DNA of 64,000 nt from Raillietiella orientalis. Its lineage: Eukaryota. The notes beneath the pieces are model-generated. The model saw only the letters and a program-made list of their open reading frames with translations. It was not told the DNA's origin and made no database searches. Shown here one piece after another: positions 11,900 through 24,400 of this stretch (positions are counted from its first letter, which is position 1; each line of letters begins with the position of its first letter). The stretch is from the NCBI GenBank assembly GCA_036172245.1, contig JAYWIR010000041.1, forward strand, positions 1,860,001 to 1,924,000. The letters are read 5' to 3'. Made by a program: the position numbers and the translations under genes.

Positions 11900-13850
11900 G
11901 CTTTAATCTTTAGGAATTCCTGATTCGAAAACATCCCCCCTTGGAAAGAGAAATGATTGCTCCAGGAAAGAAAGAAATACATAGAGTTATTGAGAAACAA
12001 ACACTAAGGAGCCTTGTCATTAAAGGTCAAGGTACTGATTCTTCTTCCAAGAGGTTTTCAAGATTCAGTGATGGATTGAAAGGAAAGAGAAAGAGGTATT
12101 CGCTTCGGATTGGTCTCCTGTCCAACTTGGGGATCAGTTTCTTCAAAAGAAGGGAAAACATTGCAACGTTTGGGTTGCTTTCGGGTACGTATCGCTGTCG
12201 TATCCCTAAAATGTATGAATTGGTGGCCAGCAAGTCTGCTGCTTGGGCGCGAGCTGCTGTTTTGACCTGCTTGCTGGAAAGCACAAAGACGGCTGAAACT
12301 AGATGAAAGCCATCCACACTAGATATTAACCGCAGCTAATTCCTAAGGGTCCTGGAGTGTGCAATTAGTCCTGCAATTCGAAAAGTTCTCGAAACTTTTC
12401 CATGACCTTGTGTAATTATCAAAAGCGCTTTTCCTTTGAGGGTCCTGTAGCAACCGTTTGGTCGTGTTCAGTTGCTGCTAACTTTGGGTCTTCGAGCATA
12501 TCCGGTTTATTTGGTTTCTTTCCTGATCTTAAGGAGTTTTTCCTTGGAGTCACTCCCGGAGAAATGCGATATGTTCTTTTGAGAGACAGCATCTTTTCTT
12601 TTTTTAAGTCATGAACTTTTTCCAGACTGGTTGTAACTTCAGACATATTCGGACTGCTTTCTGTGCTTCTTCCAGATCCCTAAACACAGACTCTTTCACT
12701 GTTTCCTGAGCTATTTCTCGTCTCTTCTCTGCAGCCAGCAACCTCATGGACCAGCTACTTGGTTCATACAATGAGGACTTGGATCAGAGTTTTCTCAATC
12801 AAGCTGAGAAACGCTGTCTGTTTTCCAGCTAGATCAAGTAGTAATTGAGAATTGCGTTCGTTCAGAAGGTTATGCTTCACAAGTTGTCTTCTTTTTCTTC
12901 TGGAAGGTGGATGCTTAATTCGCTCCATTTATGGAAACTGGTTGTACCTTCTGCTTATTGCTCCTCCGTGTTTTCGATCCATCGGTTCCTTCTCTTCATA
13001 GCAAGGCTTCTCCTGAGTTGATGCACGCTGCGAATCTCAAGATTAAGATCAGACCCAGATTAATTTCTGTTTTCTCTCTCCATAAACGCTCCTAACTGCT
13101 CTTGAAAATGAAATTCAGCCCTCTGCATTCCTGTCGCTCGGATCAAGGAACCGAAGTCGTCTAAGCAGTCGTTCCTACTGAATTTCCCCTCAAGTTTTCG
13201 GGTTGATCAGCAGCAAAGGACATTATGAATTCATTTCTACTGGCCAGTAATTTTGGTCTCAGTCCTGCTCCACAAGAAGAAGGAAGCATCAGTTGCTCTC
13301 TTCAGCCTCAGCAAGCAACTTTGCTGCTTTCGAGACGTCGAAAATAAGCCCGAATTTCAATCCATTTCACCCCGAATTTTAGATACGCACTTTCAAGTGT
13401 CGTTCGCGCTATGGCAATTTGGTTGTCTGCAACTCATTCGCATCAATTCATTTGTGTTGCCTGCTCTCTTTAGGATACAAAACCAATGTGAAACCGATTT
13501 TCGAAGAGCTCGTAACCAACCTCCATTAATCAGGATATTGTTAATGCCCAATTCTTACACAAAATCATTTGAATGCATCTTCTCGCTCGAAATAATGAAA
13601 AGTTCTGGCTGGCTGCCTCTGCTGAGTAAACAAACTTTTGCTTCCTCTGCTAGCTACAGACATGAAACGAGCAATCAGGATCATTCTTTGTGTATCCGCC
13701 ACGTGTTAAATCATTCAGTCCCTTTCGGTTGCAGAAGGAGTTTTCTTTACTCTGATTCTGCAATTCTGCACTTCCTGATCTTAGAGAAAGACAGTTTCGT
13801 GTTTTCAGCAAGACTTGCTGGTTGAAATTCCATGGTAGTTACCTTTCCCA
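11900..13850 (-). mobile_element. Decayed RTE-like LINE (APE end, linker, start of RT)
   Basis: LLINRK...DDFGSLIRA (APE C-terminus), RSWKSFENF (RWxEYFE linker), then RT domain-0/1-like LVSAVFVLSSKQVKTAARAQAADLL...LFLFPF. Confidence 0.42.
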
Positions 13851-14249
13851 CAACATCTTCATGGGATGTTCGCGCCAGTGTATGTTTCCCTTATGGCAGA
13901 TGGTACACGTAATGACGAAGAATTTTCTTTTTAAAAAATCTTGACGCTCCTAGTAAAGCGGTACACAGACCCTGAAAGAGTCAACTACTGAGAGATAGCA
14001 TCCTCTACCTGATTTCGGGATACTGGAAAACATCCGTTTATCGGATTACTTAGCTCCCTTTGGAAATGCTTCAATCTCATCGGAATCGATCGAGCTCAGT
14101 AAGTGGTTTGGCAGCGAATCTATGAACTGAACATCTTAAAAGAAGATGAAGTCGAAGCTGGGCTTTTCACGCGTTATTGAGAATCTGGTTCGAAGGGCTG
14201 GCAGCCTCTGCTCAGGTTCCATTCGAGCAGCAGTGACTGTAAACCCGCC

Positions 14250-17200
14250 ATCAGTCCAATCTTTTCAAGATTCCAGGTATTAGGTATAGAGAGTGCGATA
14301 TGCGCGTGCATCTCACGATTCGCTCACGTATGTGACCCTGCAATATTCCTGGGCGCAAAGCATGCAACGTTTGGGGATGACGGTGACCCGGCTTGTGAAG
14401 GGGGATCAAAGCGCTCCAGCGTAGAGAACATTTAACGGAAGCCGCAAGATAAGTTGCGACTCCTGAGAGGGATTTGGTGAGCGTGCAACTTGGGGCCAAA
14501 CGATATCAGGGAGGGCCGTCGAAGTACAAGCCGGGGAGGAATGCAGATGAAACGCTTCATTCTTTATTCTCGCTTCGGGTACTCATGGAACGATCCCTTC
14601 GTTGGGTCTCCTGTTTGAACACTTGAGATCTCTGTGCAGGTAGGTTCAAGAAATCGTTCTGTAAATAGTGACTTTTCCGAGTTCAGCTTCCCTCTGGGTA
14701 TCGTCCGAGCCCGATTTGCGCGAATGGAGGATGCCTGGTACTCCAGGGCAGGGAAGCCTACTGCGCGTGGCAATGTGACCTCTGCTAGGACGCGTCCGTC
14801 ACGGAGAATGCCTTCGAGTCCGCCGGGGAAACAAAGGATCGTTGCTTAGAGATTAAGGAGATGGATGCGAATCTGCAGGAGGTCCGACTTTGGGGAGCGT
14901 GCTGTGCGTCTTCACCTCCAAGAAGCAGGAGACTGGCAGCCCTCAGCCAGATGTTGCGCACTGCTATTTCCGCGCGCCAGTGGCCAAGTGCCACCTGGCT
15001 TCCTGCATTACGATCTCAGCAAGCTGGGAACTTGTGAATCAATAGCTGGATATGGGCGTTTCCCGCAGCTTTGATAAGCTGACTGGATAGTGGCGATGGA
15101 GACGGCGATTTCGTCCAGGATGGAAACGGCCTCAGAAGAGCGAAGGTAGCACTGACAGAATCGCGGGAGGGACCTGAGAAAGGATCGAAGGTTGAAATGA
15201 AAGAATTTCCTCCTAAAGTACAATCTGGACCTGTGAAGACTGGTGTGAAGATGAATCAGGGAGCAGAGATTTCGAACCCCTGATGTTCCAAGTTGGCTTC
15301 AAACTCAACTGACACACCTGCCGGCTGCTCGGACTCTCTGACCAAAACATCGCCGCTGACTGGTTGCCGCCATTGAAAAATTCCATCGGGGTAAAGCCGG
15401 CTGGTCTTGCAGCATTGCAAGGAACGAAAAACGAGGGAGAGAAAAACAGAAATAATTGTTAGAGGAATGGTTTTTCAGTCTTTCGAGTCTGCAGGTTAAA
15501 TGGTGGGGAAAGGTGAAATGCTCAGGAGATCACCTATGGAGGGCCGCATCTTGAACTCTTTACGGAAAAGTGTGAGGCTTTCAAGGTTGCTGGAAATGAG
15601 TGAAAGGCTCGGGGCCGCGGAGCAGATGGCGTTTCGGGAATCCATGCGCTCGGAACCTGGAGTAGAATATCTGATATCTGAGTGCTCGGCCTTCCCTTGG
15701 TGGATCTCGCAAAACGATCCGATTCAAAACCAGCTCCGAGGATTCTTTTACTCCAGGGGAGTAAAAGATTTCAGACGCATCGCCTGAAAGTGCGTGGGGT
15801 TTTCCGAGATTTTGTGAGCTGGGCGTGTCGAATGCCGCCGTCGGCAAATGGGCGGTCAGTTCTTCTGGGTCAGGAGAGAGAATCTGGAATTGTCGACTAC
15901 TTACCAACCTCCTGAACAAATGTCAGACTCACCTACAATAAGGGGAAACTCGAAGGTCATGAACGCGTAGGGAAAATCGCTACCCAAGGGGTGTCGAATA
16001 GCTGCTCCTTGAGAAGACGTCTTGGGAAGCTGAGTCCTCTGGAAGGAGTTTGTTGGTTCGCATCCATATCAAGGGATAGACCGATGGTAAAAACAGCCTG
16101 AGGATGAATTGATCGAGAGTGAGCGTCAAAGAATGAGCAGAGTCACTTCTCATAGTTCTCTGGATGTCATCAGCGAAGGAAGGACCGCGAAGCTTTTCCG
16201 GTTCCCCTTTTTGTCACCAGGCTGACACCAGATTTGATCCAGCTGGCAGTACGTGTGCAAGACAACGGGCATCTAACGGGAAGACGGACTGTTGCCAAGG
16301 GCTGTTGCAGAATATCCCGGAAGCGCCTACCAGGCATTGCAAATTCTTACTTGGGGCGACGATGCATTTACAGCCTTTGAGGAACTTCGAAGAGACTCTG
16401 CTCCTCGCTCCAGTAACTAGATCCTCAGAACAGGATGCTTTCATTCCCAGCATCCGTAATGGCAGCGAGCAAGACATTTCACGCGAAGCTCCACAGCAAG
16501 CTGTCTCCAGAACCGGATGCCATCCTCCAGGCGGGAGCTGAGGAGCAACTCAACGGCTCAGTCGAACGATGACAGTTCGAGAAACCGTGGATGAGAAGCT
16601 TTACTGGATGGCAGTCGGCAGAGCAGAGAGAGCATCCCAGGGTGTCCGGGTGAAGAATTGGCTGCGAGTCCAAAGCACTCCATCAGCCCGTTCAGCAGCT
16701 GCTCTTAACTCACGTGGCGCCATAGCGTTCGAGTGGGGAACGATGCAATCGAAGGAAAAGAAGCCAGTGGTAAGGTATGAATAGCACCTGCGGATGCTGC
16801 TGACAAATAGAACGGTAGCTGGTTGCTGATTGGCTGTGTGGCGGGTCTTTCTGCTTTGCTCGAATTCTTCCGGAAGGAATCCTTGTTGACTTGGTCCATC
16901 GGCGCTGGCCAGCAGGAGAAACGGCTGCGCTCTCTGGTTCCGCACGGGAAAGACAAACCTTCCTTTTTATCCAATGTAGAGCGTGAGTGGATCCGGGAGG
17001 AGTGCCCCTTGCATCTCTGAAGACGCAGAGGGGTTCTCCCCAGGCTTCATGTTGTCTTGGGACGAGGGTTTTCCGAAGAGGCGGAAGTCTGTGCACCCTT
17101 TGAGGAAGTACCGCGTGGTCTCTGGAAACTGAGCTATGAGGCTCCTTAAGAAGCGAGAGATGGCGCGATTGTCCACAAGCCTCTGGAGAAAGACTCCATG
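14250..17200 (-). mobile_element. Decayed CR1/L2-like LINE ORF2 (APE + RT + C-terminus)
   Basis: Colinear degenerate motifs: RKT...WGEPLCVF (APE), ELVLNRI...AHGFPK (QHGF-like), GPDCTLGG (GVPQGSxLGP-like), PALEYQASS (RPxLEY). Confidence 0.55.
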
Positions 17201-18779
17201 GAGCGTTTGGCGCGGCAGCAGCAGTGGCAGCAAATCCGAGAGGAAACCCCTCCCCGAGAACGGAAACTCCCCACCGGTCCCACGGTGGGAGATCCTCCCT
17301 CAGGATTCCGAATCCTCGAGTACAGCAGGAGGGAAGAACACTCAGAAGGAAAGTCCCAAAGGGAAGTCTCGCTCTTCTTCTCCTGATTGGAGTTGCCCTT
17401 TGGAACCACACGGACATCCTACCCCAGTTTCCTGAAGTCTCCTGGACAAAAGTGAAGTTCCGTCTTTCGACTCTTTCCCTTTCTTCCTTTTTTCTCGATT
17501 TTTTTTGTTCTCTTCAGGTTTTGCATACTCTTTTTGATAGCACCGAACCACCACCCCACCACTCACCTCTGTCCGGGGAAGCGTCTGGAAAAGAATGCCC
17601 GCCGAAGACGTCGGACGGACGTCAAGAACGCAAGACTTCCCGTGCTTCTTGCATCCTCCAAGCGCATCGGATCCGTCCCTTTTCTTAAAGGCGCCTTTTC
17701 CCAGGAAGAGTGTGTCACATGACCCTGATCCATCGATGACCTCCCCTGGAGCGGCGTTCACGTTTGTTTTCGCGTTCTCGGATTGCAGTTTTTTTTTTTA
17801 TGTGTGTTTTTGATCCTGGAACGTCCGGGAAGAACCGGTCACGCATTCGAGCCAAAGACTTCCGTCGGGAGCGATCGTAACTGGTCGAGTGTAACTTCCG
17901 GCGCTCTCAGAGGATGCTCATCTCGCCGGTATTGACGACCGCACCACTTTCCGGGACTTGCCGCTTGGCCTCGTTTCCTTCCTCCCCTTCAGAATCCTTC
18001 GCCTCGTTCCGCGAGATAGGAGAGGAACAAAAGGAGGGAGGGAGGGAGGAAAATTCCCTCGTCCTCTGCGTGCGTGCTGGGACGAGCAGGCATGCCCGCT
18101 CACATCCCTTCCGGAGGGCATGATTCAAGACAACGAGCCTGCAGTCCCATCCGCAAGCAGCTCGAGTCCTCGTGCAAACCGAAAGTGGGAAAGCAAATTT
18201 TTCGAAAGATAATACGCAGCAAATGGGGGGGGGAGGAAACGTAGAGAAAATGCCCTCTGGAGCTCCCTTCAGTTGCTAGTGAGGATTTTTGCAAGGGTAT
18301 CTCCGGACAACTGCCCCTCCCTACCTGCTTCTGGCCAAGGAACCTTTCACTTCCTCCTCCTCCCCCGAGGAGCGAACGGGAGACAGAACTGCTCCCTCCA
18401 GCCTCCAGAGCTTGCCATACCCACCAGGCTGCTTGCGAATCACGTGGTTTCGAGATGCCAGAGCGCTTCGAGAATTTTCTCGCGGATCCTTGACCCAGAT
18501 CGATGTGAATGCTGGCCAGAAGAAAGTCCAGATTAGGCCAAAGAAGGCCAAATTTTCCAGGGAAGCGCGCATGGTCCGTCGTCCTAGGCCCACTTCTCTC
18601 GCATAATCCCACCCTCAGACGGGTCACAGTCTCGTTGCCACCTGTTCCTTCCGATTCACCTGTGTACCCGGAACCAAGGAAGAGCAGATCCTGCTTTGAC
18701 CCATAGCGACGAAGCGCTCTGAGCCATGGAGAGGGGATATGGGCGGCACATCTTTGCTGCTGACCAAGGATGCCTGGAA

Positions 18780-19480
18780 GCAACAGCGAGGACCAGCCCT
18801 GCACTGTTGAGCAGATCGGTCGCTCGAGTTCGGAGTGAGCAGAACTCTGCTGTGCAGAGCCTTGCAGCATCGCCGCTCTCTGCTTGCCCTCACATCGGCC
18901 TGGAGTTTCGCTATTGACACCTCTGCAGTTTCCTGGACAGTCACGGCCTATGGAGAGGTGGTCACCCAGATTGGAGGATTTTTTTTTCCCCTCACTCCTC
19001 TTTCCAAGATCTCGAGAGCGCCCGGTTCTTCCTCGAGATGAGGCAGGAAACTGAGCAAGATGAGTTCTCCTTTGCTTTTCCGTTCCCTCTCTATCGACCC
19101 TCTTTGCGCTTCCCTGCTCTGCCAGATCGTTGTCGCTCTACGTCCCTGTTTTGGCCCAGTTAGGATCCACAGAGGGGAATCTGGAGGATGGGAAGTCATT
19201 CCGACAAAACAGGAACCTTCGAGAAATGCAAGCTGCAGCAGATGGACCATATGGACATATAGACATATGGACATATGGGCATATGGACCAACTTTAGTTG
19301 CTTCCTCCTTTTCCCACCTGGAGCAGCTTTCTCATGTGTCTCTAAGAAATCCATTCCGAGATACGGCAGAGTGGCAGATAGGAAAGCTTTATGGGGATCT
19401 CGGATGAACGTCTGGATTCTTGAAGCAGCATTGGTGATGTTCAGAGACCACTCACGACGACGGAAAGAAAGAAGATAATC
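18780..19480 (+). mobile_element. Possible very decayed Tc1/mariner transposase
   Basis: EFGVSRTLLCRAL (HTH-like), CFGPVRI, FPPGAAFSCVSK (FQQDGAPAHxS-like); catalytic residues not intact. Confidence 0.2.
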
Positions 19481-20299
19481 GAAGGCGGAGATCCCTACCG
19501 ACCTGTGGAAGGGAAGATACATGCCCCACGGCTACTTCCCTCAGCTTGGCCGTTCCCGAGGTGTCTGTCTGAACCGAGAAGATCCCTCGAGAAGCTAAGG
19601 CCCCAACGGCGTATTTTTCTGCAAGTTCTGGAGTCCCACATCCCTTCGTGACGGAGGGATTCCATCCGCCACTCCCTAGGAACAGGTGAAGAGGCCCAGG
19701 AAGACCTCGATCCGGGTCTCTCTGAAGCCGTCGGTGCTTTCAGGAACGAGAACTCCTTATGATCAACCCCGTTCTGTTTGCTTCCACCCCTATGCTTCCT
19801 TCGTCCACGATCAGGAGGAGGAACTTCCGGTGAACGGCGCAAAATCCTTGTCGTGACTTCCAGCCGACTTTCAGTGCAGATATTACCGTTTTTCTTGCGA
19901 TCCGCAGCTTCTGATCTCCCTGTTTTGCGAGAAATGAAGCCCCCTGCTCTGTGCCTCGCCTTTCTCCCTGAAAAACGTTTTTTGCCCTCCTTGCCGCTTC
20001 CATCTAGGTCTTATGGGGAGGTTCTGCGCTCCGACGTGGCGCAGAACCATCTTCCCGGCCGATTGCCAGCTGTTGGTGCATCGAAGACCGCCGCTGAGTG
20101 CAGCCGAGTTTCTGCATGTGGACAAATCTTCCCATCGAGCTGCCTGGTGGCTCATCTATCCCTGATTTTTCGTTTTTTTGTTTTCCTTCCACGCGAGTCG
20201 GGAGGAAACTCCACTAGCTGTTTCCATGGCGCCCGTAAATCAGACAGCAGTGGTTCTCACCTCGAAACACTCATCTTGCTCATCTCCCCAATCTTTCAG

Positions 20300-22100
20300 G
20301 AGTGCCTTTTGCAAGGAGGAACCGCCCTTTGTTCGTCGCTCTTCAGGGTTTGTCCTTTTTTCCCCGATTACTCTGTTCAGCTGATCTGCTAGGAAGCGTC
20401 TTTCGCTCGTAGGTGGGGGGATTTCAGGCAGTCTGCAGCTTCTCTCTCGTGTCTGCCTTTTTCGCAGATTTCCTTTTCTCAGCTCTCTTGCGATCCGCTT
20501 CTTCGCAGTTTCGGCTTCAAGACGCACGGGGGGTGGGAGTGGAAGGAGAAACGTCGACCGCCGGATCGAACCCGAAGAGATGACGGCCCGATGCTGAACG
20601 GACTCGAAGGAAGCCGCCTTTCTATTCGGCAGGGTTGCCTGAAAGATTCGAGCTCTTCCCCAGGTAGCATCTCTTCGGCTGCCTTCCCCGCGTCCAGATA
20701 GAGAGGAACTGGACTACCTCCATGGCAGAAGGAAAAATGCCGTGAGGGCAGTTGCAGGCCACTTGTCTTCTCTCGCGCGGGTCAGCAAGAACCTCGGCTT
20801 TCGGGTCTTCTCTTCGCCTCCGAAAGCTGCAAGCGGAATTCTCTTTCACGGTGTCTGTGTGGTCCCAACGCGCCGCCGGCGCTGTCGTAAGAAGTCGGAA
20901 GTCCCGACCGTGATTTCTCATCGGGCTGGAGAGAGGCACATTTCCTTGCGCCCACTCCTTCCTCTTCCGGCGAGCGCTTGATGCATCTCGCCGACACCTT
21001 TTCACCTTTTCGCCGTCCCTGCGGGCGTCCCTCAAGGCGGGCATTAGTGGCACTCCTCAGGGAAGAGATGGACAGAAGGCATAGCTGGAAGAGGAGTTTC
21101 CACAGCAGCTGGATCCGAGGGCAATGCGCCCAAGTGCACAGGGCGGGAGAGCTCTCCGTCACTGTCATCGCTGCCTCTGCTCTGTGCGGATGGCTTCGAT
21201 AGCAGCATGCCAGAGAGTGGGTCATTGTAGGCTTCGCACCGACCCTGGTGCGCAGACCACAGATCGGAGGTGTGCAGTCCTCCGAGAATTACCTAAGGAA
21301 CGCGCGTTCTCCAATTCCTCCTTTTCATCTGCCTCCCTTAACGGACCATCGTGGCGGAAAGCCCGGGCGTTGCCTTGTCTTTTAACAGGAGCGAAGAGTT
21401 CTCGGCATTCCCTTGGACACCGCCACTGGTTGCTGAGTTCGACGCAAATCTTCCCCTCGTCCCGCATACAACCCAGGAATGAATCCCTCATTCGTGAGTC
21501 GTAGGCGGGTCTCATGGCAGCGGTTCTTCTCTCAGCCTCCGTTCCCTCTTTGGCTGTGTCACGTGACAGATCTCATGAGGGAAAGGGAAGATCTGGACCG
21601 AATGCACTCCTTTGCGACCGTGGCAGCTTTCGACCCCGGGAACAAGGAGTGGCTCGAATTGCGGCTACCGTCTAAGGGTTCCTCTGGTTGAGTTGGCAGC
21701 AGCTGAGGTCAAGTTCAGGAGTCGGACCCATGCTTCTCATCTGTAGGGAGGAACCATAGGTAGCTGGATGGTGTTGATGCCAGGAGGGCGAGCTGTTTCC
21801 AGTAGAAAGGAAACCAGTGCTCTTCGAGATCCTATGGGCGCGTAACAGATGCGGGAGGTGGACTGGATGATCTGTAGGCGATGGAGGCGACCCGCTTGGG
21901 GATAGATGGCTCGAAAGCAACCAACTTTCCTTCCTGTTTTTGGGAAGTTTGGTTTTCCCCCAAAATGGGTGCTGGCCGTGAATTATTGAGTTGAGACTCG
22001 CAGTATGCAGTTTCCACGGATACGGGATCTAATCCGCCTTCACGGAAACCCGGGAGATAGGCCAAGCGCCGTTGTCGCGTAGACAAATGTCCCTCGTCTC
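20300..22100 (-). mobile_element. Ty3/Gypsy pol remnant (RT end, RNase H, integrase)
   Basis: Gypsy domain order: LAYL(PG) (YLDD position, ~22.05 kb), RNase H end, LCLLSISSLRSAT...ARC (H2C2-like), ARWDHTDTV and AEVLAD...VA...TRGRQ (integrase core, ~20.7 kb). Confidence 0.7.
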
Positions 22101-22870
22101 TGCCACGAGGGTCATTTCAGATGCAGCTCAAAGGTTCATGAGGACCCTCAAGCAGACAAACAGGAGGAATTTTTCATTGGCTGAGGGAGTTGAGTGGGTT
22201 TTCCTCCTCTCCCTGCACCGGCCCTTATGGGACTAAAGGCTGAAAGGCGGAACCGAGCACTCGGTCAGGCTGCCGTTTCTCAGGCACGATCCTCGGAAGA
22301 CGAGGCCTCTGTCTGGATCCGACGGAGGAGAGCATCCTTGAGCGTGCCCACGGAAAGCCCTGGCGCGAGAGAAGCCAGATGAAACCGGATGCTGCCAGGT
22401 GCTAACCTGAACATCTGCATGCTGGTAAGTGGGAGCTCTCCGGGAAGAGGGAAGAAACGCCGCTCTCCGAGAGTCCTGCGGGAGGAGACATGGGTCTCAG
22501 TTCCTTCGCCAAAGGATCCGGGTGAAGGCTCTACTTGGATTCCAGCGGGGTGTCGTCGCGGTTGTGGGCAGCGGCCCTTCCGATGGCGAGGGCACTCCGG
22601 AAAAGAGTGGTGCGTTTCGAGCGCTCGGGCCGCTCTCGCGATTCGCGCAGAGCGCGCGAGCCCTGTGGTTCATGAGTGAGCCGCCGAGGCGTCGACAATG
22701 ACCTCCCTCCACCCTTCCCTCTGCCCCTCGTACCTGAGCTGCAGGTACGGGCAGCAGGACGTCCCGGGCTATCTCCCTCCCAGCCGGAAGAGGGCTACCA
22801 CGTCTTCTTCCCCATCGCGCGCGCGGCGTCTCGCCAAGGCTGGGGATGACGAAACCCTTGGTGTTTCCAG

Positions 22871-23071
22871 TTCTGGGAAGCAAGGAGGAGGACTGTGAGC
22901 TGCACACGGCCCGGAGCATCCCCCACAGCATCGAGCAGATATCCAGGGAGACGAAATTCACGAAGAAAGAGCTGCGCTTCCTGTACCGGGGCTTCAAAGA
23001 GATCTGCCCGTCGGGAACTATAACGGAAACCGGCTTCAAGGACGTGTACTCCAAGTTCTTCCCCCCAGGAA
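22871..23071 (+). CDS. KCNIP: KChIP coding exon A (N-terminal core, EF1 with CPSG)
   Basis: KFTKKELRFLYRGFKEICPSG...YSKFFPPG is the NCS/KChIP signature. Acceptor gtgtttccag|22871, donor a|gtgagt at 23072. The 5' boundary may extend to ATG 22846 or to an acceptor at 22744. Confidence 0.92.
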
Positions 23072-23439
23072 GTGAGTGGTTCAGTGGGAAGGAGAAGTCC
23101 ACACTTTCCGGTGGAGGAGGAGGAGCAAGCGAGCTATCTGTTCTGGGATGCAGGAAAGGGAGGGGGAGAGGAGGGAGGCGACCTTCCCGCTTCGGGCAGA
23201 CGGGACCGCTGGATTGCGCGAATGACGACCTCCCATCTGCGCGCGTGCGCACGTTCCGCGCCCTACTGACCGTCTGACCTGAGATTATCCGCAGCCTCTT
23301 TTGCCTTCTTCGAGAGAGACCGGCACCAGACGGTCCTCCTCCCAGAGGAGAGGAGGAGGGAGAGACGAAGAGCCACAGCAGCAGCTGCAGAGAGCGCCGC
23401 CCTGCGGCATCCACGCGCACTCTTTGCGCCGGGGAGGCG

Positions 23440-24400
23440 AGTGAAGACGGACAGAAGGGAAGGGAGAGGAGAAGCCCCCTCGAGGACCATCATAGGAGCC
23501 TCCATTGGGGAACGCTTCCTGAAAGCGGCAGGGAAGGGAAGAAGGGCGCTTCCGTTGACGGGGAGCTCGGGCCCTTATCGCCAGTTGTTCCCGGGCTCAT
23601 CTCCCGGACGGATGCCCTCGGTCGCTTGGGGTGGGCCTCCCCATCTTCCCGTTACCTGGCCTTCCTTCTGGAGGAATTTCCTTTTGTGAGACCCCGGTTC
23701 TTGGCTTCGAAGGAGGCACGGAGTGCGGAGCCTCTCACTCTTCGTTCCCCATCCCGCTTCCGGGCGGCTGTTCCGTCCGGTAGGCGCCAGACGCATCAGC
23801 AGCAGAGGGAAGAAGTAGTTAGGTGAGCAGAGAGGGGCGTCCTTTCTCCCTCCCTTCCCCTCATCGGGAGAGCGTTTGGAAGCCGGCGGAGAGGAAGCTC
23901 TTCGGCTCTCTGTTCCCGAGGTCCCCAAGCAAGTTTTCCAACGCACCTTCTCCCTTTCTCCTCCCTCCTCTGGGCGACTTAGGTTTGCCTGCAGGAAGGA
24001 GATTGTCCGTGACTTTCGCCGAAGGTACTGACCTTTCCCCTTTCGCCCCCCTTCTTTCACGAGGACGATGGCGTTCTCCACGACTGCTGCCGCCGCTACA
24101 CCACCTCTGGAGTGCCTTAGGGGCCGCAGCGCTTAAGACAGGGTACCTCCCTTTCCTCCCTATTCTTCGATCGCATTCATCCCTCACCAATTCCCTTCCC
24201 CTTATTCCCTGAGTGCCGAAGATAGGGGAAAACGACTGGAAATGGAGGACAAGCGCCCAGAAGATCTGGTTAGGCAGAGGGGAGGCGGTCAGCGGTTCCT
24301 CCCACGGCTCCCGCGAAGTGGACGGTCGCCCCAGACACCCCAGTCCCTTTCCCTCCCTGCCACCTGGAACGCGATTCCAGCCTTGGACATCCCACGGGGG
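23440..24400 (+). mobile_element. Decayed LINE RT fragment in KChIP intron
   Basis: RREGRG, GVLSPSL, VTFAEGT (FADDT-like), KRLEWRT in RT order. Confidence 0.3.

Noticed and set aside
12380..12620. Apparent DnaJ domain on the minus strand (LKRTYR...PRKN; QQLNTTKRLLQDPQRKSAFD)
   Set aside because: No HPD motif; the segment lies between APE-end and RT-start motifs and fits the RTE linker (RWxEYFE) better.
22698..22744. MTSLHPSLCPSYLSC as KChIP first exon (donor ag|gtacgg)
   Set aside because: The donor is phase 2 but exon A needs phase 1; the sequence looks more like a polypyrimidine tract and acceptor.
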